Shown in pieces: positions 55,634 to 64,000 of a DNA stretch of 64,000 nt. Each line of letters opens with the position of its first letter. The stretch's first letter is position 1. The position numbers were made by a program, and so were the translations under genes. Source of the DNA: Phallusia mammillata (lineage: Eukaryota); the NCBI GenBank assembly GCA_965637545.1, contig OZ281500.1:8990001-9054000 (forward strand), written 5' to 3'. The notes under the pieces are model-generated. The model saw nothing but the letters and a program-made list of their open reading frames with translations. It was not told where the DNA came from and made no database searches.

Positions 55634-57946
55634 TCATTTCCAAACAAGGCGTTTCATCATAGCGTTTCTCGCAATATCATATACTGAAGTTTCAAACTTT
55701 TTTATAACTTTACCTGACTGCGTTTTCTTCCATCGCATGGGACGTACATTACTAGAAAAAGTTGATCCGGAGGAAAAAAAGAACCACTCACTCTGTGCTA
55801 AAACTTCCATTTCAGCAAGTGAAAAGATTTCCTTTTCGTTTGACCACTTTCCTTGCTTCCAGCACACTTGATAACGCGCAGTCATAAAAACATCTAATTG
55901 CGTTTTGGAAATGTCTACAAAACTGTTAAGGTTTTGCAAAGCTTTTAGCACTTGATTGGAAAAAATTCGCAGCGTTGGGGGTGAAGCAATGTAGACATGT
56001 TTCCATGCTGATTGGCTTAGGTTAGCTTCTTTTAATGAGGCAAAAATTCCAGCGGCAACATCTTGTGGCGTAATTTTGGGTAGGTCTCTGCAAAACTTTG
56101 TGTACCTTTCTGGATGATTGGGGCGGCAGTGATGATGTTCCCAGTCAGTTAGGTCGTACCTCCAATGAACGGCCACATACGGTTCATTGTTAAACACTTC
56201 GGTTTTAAATTGTTTCACAGCATTTTCAATACCAACAGGTCTTCGAACACTATAAAGAACGGCCGAAAACAATTCTTTGTCCTTTATATCCGTCTGATGT
56301 AGTAGTTTTGTAGTCAATGGCTTAGCGATGCTGTTATTGGGACCTTCTAGTCGTATCGTTTGGAACGGTGCAGAATACAAAGCACATCTTGCTGATGTAT
56401 TGTAAGCCTTTCTTAGTGCCTCGGTGTCACCTGTTATCCATGGATCGTAGGTAAGCTGGTAGCTTTCTGGAGGAAATGCTGGAATGTTTGAATAGTTATT
56501 TCCGTGATGGCCATCTTTGAAACGAAGCTGAGTTGCACCGTTTTGAAAGTCTATTCGATGCTTTTCAATGTGAAGAATTGACATTCCAGTTTCACTTTCA
56601 AAATCTTTGATTGTGGCTGGGTTTGATTTTTGCGCCTTTAAATGCATAAAAAATCTTTTAAATCTAGGCCGACTTCTAAACCAACAAAATACACTGACCC
56701 AGCCATTGTTAACTGTGCGCAGTTGTTACGAGAACACAACACTTTATAGCTTTAAGGTTGTCATTTTATACCTTTGACATTGGCCTTAAAACTCGGTAAC
56801 GCCCGAAAGTTAAAGTTAGCAACGGCGTTAAACGATTTCTTGTGTCTTCATTGTAGGTATAATTATGACCTTTACACTCCAAAACTAATTGTACAATCTT
56901 ATTCCCAGTCAAATATAAATAAAAACAGAGTATAGCCAAAATAATTTGATGTTAACGGTGACAAAATACTCTTTAAATATATTACCTGCAACACTACGTC
57001 GAATGAATAATTACAAATCTCACGAAATTGTTCAATTGAAATGGAAGAAACGAAACGGCGAAGTCGATCCACGTCAATACGGTGGTTAGCTAAAATCGTT
57101 CCACCTCCAGTTGTTCGGTGTGCGTGGAAGCGTGGAATCACCAACGTTCTGTACCACATGACAACAGTATGTACTGAAGCGTTGATAATTATACCTCTTT
57201 AGTTTCTGCCCACACAGGTTATGGTAGTGTATAACTCGCTATAGAGCAAAAATATGAATCCCGTTAGACTTGGTTCGCGCCGTTATTTGTTTACGCTACA
57301 CTGTTTCTGATTTTTCTTGGGGTCAAGTTTTTTTATTAAATGCTTACCTGTTAAGCCTAATCGCCAAGTAGATGGACTGCCAAAATCCGACGATTTGGTT
57401 GTTTGGGCCCCAAACCAAGCCTGGGTACAAAAACTTGGTCGGATCCAGCTCTATTTGAGGCTTAAATTTTTTTTTCACCTTGTTAGGACCATTTTGCCAT
57501 AGTTTACAATCTCGCTTATAAATCACAGCGGAAATATTTGACCGGTCCTCCTTATTTAACTTGGGTGTAGTGCGGGGTGGCGTCGGTGTTTTATGATTTT
57601 GCTTTGTGACTGTTGAACTGTTATTTTGCTGCTTCAGGCTTCCATTTCGGTGTCCATTTGCGAGGCCTGAAGAAATAAACTCATGCTTCTTCCACACGAC
57701 TTTATTCTTTGGATTGTAAGAAGATATACGCTTGTAGGTATGTTGCGAAATAACTGCTGTTTTCCAATTGCGCCAGTTATCAACGAATAACTTTCGATTG
57801 CTTGGACTAAGATAGCTCACAGTTATAGCAACGACAGAAAACAGTAGCAGTCCCCAAAAACATTTCAAAAGTGCATAACTGGTACAACCCAATCTACCAC
57901 AAACAAAACCACTTATATTCTTGAAATGCTTGCCCATTTCAAGCAT
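55634..57946 (-). CDS. O-fucosyltransferase-like paralog 3
   Basis: Exons (minus) 57946-57348, 57148-56986, 56635-55634. FLYPGLVWGPNNQ, YVAVHWRYD, SGSTFSSNVRPMRW. Confidence 0.8.
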
Positions 57947-59279
57947 CTTTAAAAAAATTAATACATGTTATTCTTGTTCACAACACTGTTGTCATATCAC
58001 AGTAAATTACTGGTGTTCAGACGTTTTATCACACACAAAGTGTTGCTGACATAACCTGGTACTACCGACTTACAGCAATACATCGTTTCAAGGTTGGCTT
58101 TTCCAGCACTTGTAGACTAAACCGCTTCCTGGTATATGACGTCACTAGCCTAAATTGTGAACTCGGATGCTCGCAACAACTTCGCAAAAGTGGGATTTTA
58201 ATACTTTTGTACGATGTTTTATTTTTGGTTATTAACGAAGTTTTATGAGACGTTTACTTAAATTGGGTTGCCTTTTCTTGTTTTATTGTTTAACGTTTGT
58301 TAAAAAGCTTTTGTTTTCCTTTTTAGTGAAATATTGAAGTTTAGATGGGGTATAAAATTATCAACATGGAATCTAAATTTTTGTAGAACTAGTTCTTTGA
58401 TAGTTCTTTGTAGAACTATTAAATATTTCTTTGTAGAACTATTTAATTCGAAGTTTCTCAACGCCTATTTAACGTCACCAAATCTGAAATGTTTTGCAGC
58501 TTTTATTTAATTGTGTTTTTTTAACCGATGTGTCAACAAAGATTTATTTTATACAATAGGTCATAGGATGATAAATATTTTGCCACTAGGTGTCACAAGA
58601 GATTACCCAAGGAATGTGAATCCAAAATATAACACACCCAGTTAGAGTCTGATTATTATTGAACTAACAAGCGGTTGTATTATAATTATATTAATTAACT
58701 AACGTTAAAAATTGCTAAAAGAGCAATAATTGTTGTTGCAGTATGCCTGAGAGCAACATCTTATTTATTCTTGTACTGCGCTATATTTGCATCTATAGAC
58801 AATACGCAGCATTAACAGAAAAATACAACAACTTGGTGGTATATTTTAATTCACTAGCTCACTTTGCCCAATGTTTAATCCAGAATCCATTTGAGTCTTG
58901 GCTAGAATTACACACAGCTCCATTTAGATCATGTCGCTTTGCTAAAATGCAGGTGGTAAGTTTATTTTATGAAATTTCTTGTGCTATAGTGACATCGTAT
59001 TGCCAGTTTGCCGACTAAAGAGTCTTTGCACGCCCAAACACGTTTTTACAAACCAAAATCGTTTTAAATTATTGTGTTAACAGTTTACAGCACAACTGCA
59101 ATGACACCGGATAAGGAAAATGTAAATAATATCGTGCGGAAACCAATTAGGGTTTTCATGATTTAAGTAGAATAGAAAACAATATTCGCAAAAATAAACA
59201 AAACTTATCGTTAGTATGTGCCAAGATTTTTGGTCAAAATGGTTGAAACAAATTTCCTAATCGTCATGTTACCTTATTC

Positions 59280-59492
59280 CAGTGGTTCTCAAACTTTTTT
59301 TGTTGCGACGCCCCTGGAAAAGTTTTCTGGACTTGCGACGCACCATCAAATGAAAGTTAATGAGAAAACTGTTTATTAAAGTTGTGTTCATTGATACAAC
59401 AACAAAAAGCCACGAAACGAATATTCTCCGACGCCCTTGGAAAATTCAAACGACGCACCAGGGCGTCGCGACGCTCAGTTTGAAAACTACAG
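59280..59492. mobile_element. hAT-type MITE
   Basis: cagtggttctcaaact / agtttgaaaactacag. TSD ccttattc / ctttattc. gcgacgc subterminal repeats. Confidence 0.8.
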
Positions 59493-60855
59493 CTTTATTC
59501 TATTAATATATCACTTTGTCAAAACATTTTTACAGGTCCATAGCATAAACAGAACCGTATTTGTTTACAATATAATCAATAAAAATACCTCAGTCAAGCC
59601 CCGGGATTTTTTGTTGCTTTTTGTATACGTTTTGGGCTATAAAATGTGATGTATAAACACCTAAGCCACTGTCTTAATAGATTTGCTTTGCATCGTGAAA
59701 AATCGCCTCAGCGCATTTGGATAACTCCTGCATAAGCCTCTGCAGTCCGTATGCTCACCAACAAATGTCGGTTAAAATTCTGTTGGGCGCTGAACAATAA
59801 TGTTTCAAGCGACCAGGCATTGTCGCTCCATACGAGCGGTGACGCAACCAATTCGTCAAACGTGCGCTTCTACGCTTGCGCGTTGGTGGCTAACTGGCGG
59901 GCCGAAACAATTGACTGCATTAACGGGGTGTTTTGCAGGGGAAGGATATATGCAGGCGTAGGTATATTGTTGTAAGTTTTCAGCTATTACTGATAGCCTT
60001 TGCTTAAGTTGCTGTAAAAAAAGGGGTAGACATTTTTTCTCTTGGATGCACGACCCAAACACGACAACGCCGTTCGGGTTGAATGTGTGTTATTTATCGG
60101 GTTTACTGCGTGGGAAGTTTCAGCCACATACCGGGACTCGTGCTGCGCTTATGCATACGCAGCCTGCTCGTCGTATTAGGCAGGATGCTACACTGCATAG
60201 TTATAGGCATCATGTTCACAGCAGATCAGCAACCAAGGTTACTGCATTTTTTTGCCGCCAAAACGAGATGTTATCCACCGACTAAATGAAAAAGTAGTGC
60301 TGGTTTCGCGCGCGCGGTATTTTGGTCGGGAGTGTTGTTCAGTGTGTCACGATGCACTGTTTAGTAATTTAAATCTGTGTGAATGAAGTAAGATTGTTAT
60401 CAATGAATGTTGGTTTGTTGCAAAACCAAAGAAGCTGTGTATTTATCAGCCACAACATCTGTTCATTTCATGTGGGTCTTTTCTGCCAGATTCAATAACT
60501 TCTGAACATTTAATTGGTATTTGGTTGTGGAGCTTGGGAATAGGTGCCTTAGTATCGACATGATTATGTAATATGTGGTTATTGCCATTACTTTCTCACG
60601 ACAAATTTTACAGACAGTTTGACAGGAGACATTTTTTGCGCCAAGTCTTATTCCCTCTTGAGGCCGCTTTTGCTTGTTAAACCGTCAATGTTTCTAGTTT
60701 GTTATTCAGATCTTTTATTTAAGGGCGTTAAATGCTGTTTATATATTGAGCCGGAGAGACTTGAACCACAAACAGAAATATTACGACATTGTGAACACTT
60801 CTGGTCATTGAGGAATTTTTGCAAGGTTTTTGCCACATTGAGTCTATAGTTGGTA

Positions 60856-63800
60856 ATGGATGCTGCCGGTAACAACACGCCAGGTCGTCATGACTGTCTT
60901 CTCAACTTCAGGGGTGATTTGGTTCCGTACACATTGATCGTCGTAATTGAAGTGAGTTAGTCGCTAATTGGTGCCAGACCAAAGTTTTGTAATTGAAATC
61001 AGTCTAAAAACATCCTTGTTTTCAGTTAACTGTGCTAATGTGTTATTATATCATATACAGTGTGTATTAAAACATTGAAGCCACTTAAATATTATGCAGT
61101 AGTAGATTTTAAACACTAGCATTGTTAGCCTTAAAATGCCTGCGCGTATGATGTAAGAAGATCTGTCTAACTGCCGCGAGTTTCCTTGTCATCCGACCTT
61201 CCATCTGCGAGTCAAGCACTTCCAGTGTATGACCCTATCCGGATACACGCATAAACACAATGCAAATACCTTGTTTACAGAGCCTGTTCAATTTACTGAT
61301 CGTGGTGGCAATCGCTTTCAACCGCAGCAAGTTGAAACACAACCACGTATATTCCTACGTGACAAGTGTAGTGATGGCCAACGTCGCTTTGGGCATTCTT
61401 TTCACCTACACCCTTGTCAACTACATGATTGCATTTGAACGGACTGAATTCTCGCGCGGACTTAATGCATCGAACAGGTGATTTATCTTAGACAGCAGTT
61501 TAAGGACGCTTTGAAACACAATTAATCGTTTTGCAATATGTGGGTACGGGCAATGATTTGATTGACACCGGGATTGCTTAACTTTGTTACACACAAAGAT
61601 CTTATGTCTGAATCATTTCCTCCCAGTGGTCACACACATTTGTTGTTCGTTTGTTTAAAATGAAATGAACGTACGAATAGAGTCCCAGCAGATTTGCCCA
61701 TAAAAATGGACCTAATTATAGACCTACCACAGATCAGTCCAAACAATAGTCGTTGCTGACAGATATACTCGACGCTCTCCTGAGCATTGAAAATTTGTTC
61801 CTAATTTAGCTTTCAGTTTAACATATGTTTTCTGGCATAACCATTTTTCATAATGCCATTGCAACAAAGCTGATCGCCAGATATCGAGTAAACATTTGCG
61901 ACCTATCGGTATGTCAACTTATTGGCACATACCGCCTCAGTTTATAATTATATCTTTAGGGCCAGTGGCGACTCGGTGGCTGTTTGTCAATCAAACTCTG
62001 GTCTAGTCATTAGGCCACTATAAGCGAGTATTTAACACGAATTCGGATTAGCAGTAACAGATGCATCATACGATAGACATCCGGTGATGCAATATGTCAT
62101 CCGATTCCTGATTTCGGACCAATTGATCGTTGTCAGAGCCGCCTTGATGCCGGTGCACGATTTGTATTGTCATGCGCCTTCCGGTGAGCATTACATGCAT
62201 AATCACAAATCACTACTGACTCGCTTCCGCTTGCCAATTACATGCAACGGTGCAAAAACATGGTCTGCGCTGATATCCGGTTTAGCTCGCCCATCCCCTA
62301 TGTGCAATGCAACTAAGCATAATGGAAGATTCAAATTAACTTGCTTATATAGAACACGAGCTATGCTAATTTCTGGACGTAGAATTTAAGGTTTAAAACC
62401 AAGCACTATATGTGATTTGTGCATGTAATGTAAGGTGCCATTTTGCCCGATTATTTAATCGCTTCGAAGTATACGGCTGCAATACGGATCACATCACGTA
62501 ACACCTGACGCAGATTGAGTTGCAATTGTTTGGCTGCTGATATATCCGCATCAGATGCTGCGTGCGTCACCAATGAGTAGTCAAACTTGTTTTGGGGGAA
62601 ATGGCGGCAATTCATCGCCTAAAAATCATACCTTACTTGCCCTAATAACGTATCAAATCATCAAACAACTTAGTTGACCCAAAATATTAGTGATCACATT
62701 TTATAGCGAATAAAATTTGCACCTGCCTGAACTAAGGTATTTAGTTTCCATTGTACAAATTTGTCTGTGCATTTTTGAACCGTGTTTGTAGCAAGTCTTT
62801 CCGTGGGTGACAAACTTTCGCCTGACATTCATTATGGCATCATGTAAACATTAAGCCAAAAGGGTTGACCTATTGTTTTCATAAATGGCTTGGTTTGATT
62901 AAAATTACACCATTTGTCAATGACCTATTGAGTGAAGGTATTCCTTTTTGCAAAATTTACATCCCATGCACTACGTTTCATCTATATTTAGCTAATTCTC
63001 AAATCCTACCTTTTGCATTTTACAGGTTTAACCAAGATAGCGCACCACAGCGCAGCATCATGACCTGGTGGGCGTTCCGTAAGGCCTTCATGGTGGCGTT
63101 CTTCCTAATCCTTAGCGGCAACGTCTCGGCACTAATACACGGAATTGCAAACAGCGCCTATTTTGTTGGAAGATCCGGCGGATCCGGAGCCAAACTTCGG
63201 TTCCGGATCCTGACTTCATCCACTTCAAGTTCACCTACTCGCGGAGAAAATTATGGAACCGTTTTGTATGTAAGTGTACGCATGATCTTAGTTTTTAAAC
63301 ATTAACAATTGTTCGATTGGTAAAGTCAATTTTAAATCATAAAGAGTTCAAATTAATGAGTAAATGTACACCACTAATATAAACTACGACCTCTTTTAAA
63401 GTGAGCCCATGTCTGATTCGCATCTGTAAAAAAGTGTAAAATTGTCGCAAGTATACTGTTAATTTTTACACAAGCATTGAAACAGTTTTAATATCTGGAC
63501 AATATGCCATAGAATAACAAAGTTGCCATCATACAAAAAGGGTCAAAAGTTGGCATAACGATAAAAGGTTAACTGGTTTAATGCAATTTCAATTGTATGG
63601 TATTCGAGTAAGAACGCATGTAAAGCATAACGTGACAGTTTACTGTTCAATGCCCGTCTAAAGGACATTTAAAAAGTTATAGAGTTTTTAAAAACATGTT
63701 TGAACGTTTTTACAAATTCAACGAAGGTATCCAACGTCCCCTAATAGTCATGACATGATCAATTTTTTTATTTGACAGTCAAGGAAGCGACGGGCGTACG

Positions 63801-63923
63801 TCACCATATTCCTGACCTGGGTTCTCCCATTTTTCTATAGTTTACCGGCGGCGTTTGGTTGGAACTGTATTGCTCATTGTGATTGCTTGCCAGGATACTA
63901 CGGCGGGTATCGATGCATATCCA
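60856..63923 (+). CDS. Class A GPCR, TM1-TM4/ECL2 portion; continues beyond the window
   Basis: Phase-compatible exons 60856-60951, 61281-61477, 63026-63269, 63779-63923. N-glycosylated N-terminus (GNNT), TM1 NLLIVVAI, TM2 SVVMANV, TM4 IFLTWVLPFFYSLPAAFGWNC (GWNC as in S1P/LPA/cannabinoid-type receptors). Confidence 0.7.
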
Positions 63924-64000
63924 GTAAGTAGACAGCTGTTAGTCAGGCGACGTTAGTATTGTCTTTATATGTGCACGACTATATGGGCAAATCCTGTTCA

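Noticed and set aside
59700-62600. GC-richer non-coding stretches with short ORFs around the last GPCR
   Set aside because: No coding or structured-RNA signature I can support; probably regulatory or intronic, but not demonstrable from sequence alone.

Overview
AT-rich, intron-containing animal DNA, not prokaryotic; an ascidian/tunicate-like compact genome is my inference, not something the sequence proves. Gene order: 3' part of KDM1B/LSD2 (30-5523); a tandem cluster of six sigma-class glutathione S-transferases plus one orphan GST exon (8080-29815), with an RXFP/LGR-like GPCR in the middle; intronless GLT1D1; an Ldh_2-family dehydrogenase with two equal-length, apparently mutually exclusive exons and a possible mitochondrial presequence; a secreted PAN-TSP1-TSP1-SRCR-like/CASPR-like mosaic protein; three O-fucosyltransferase-like paralogs; and the 5' half of a class A GPCR. 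Non-coding DNA holds more than a dozen non-autonomous hAT-type MITEs with 8-bp TSDs (including double and triple nests), a tRNA-derived SINE-like family and a Helentron-like element with internal 157-bp repeats. Main highlights: the mutually exclusive exon pair, a recurring ARE motif (RTGACnnnGCA) upstream of the GSTs, a 94-bp duplication that may have rebuilt an intron, and a gene-conversion tract between inverted fucosyltransferase-like genes. Exon boundaries were read by eye from GT/AG sites and phase; no transcript or database evidence was available.
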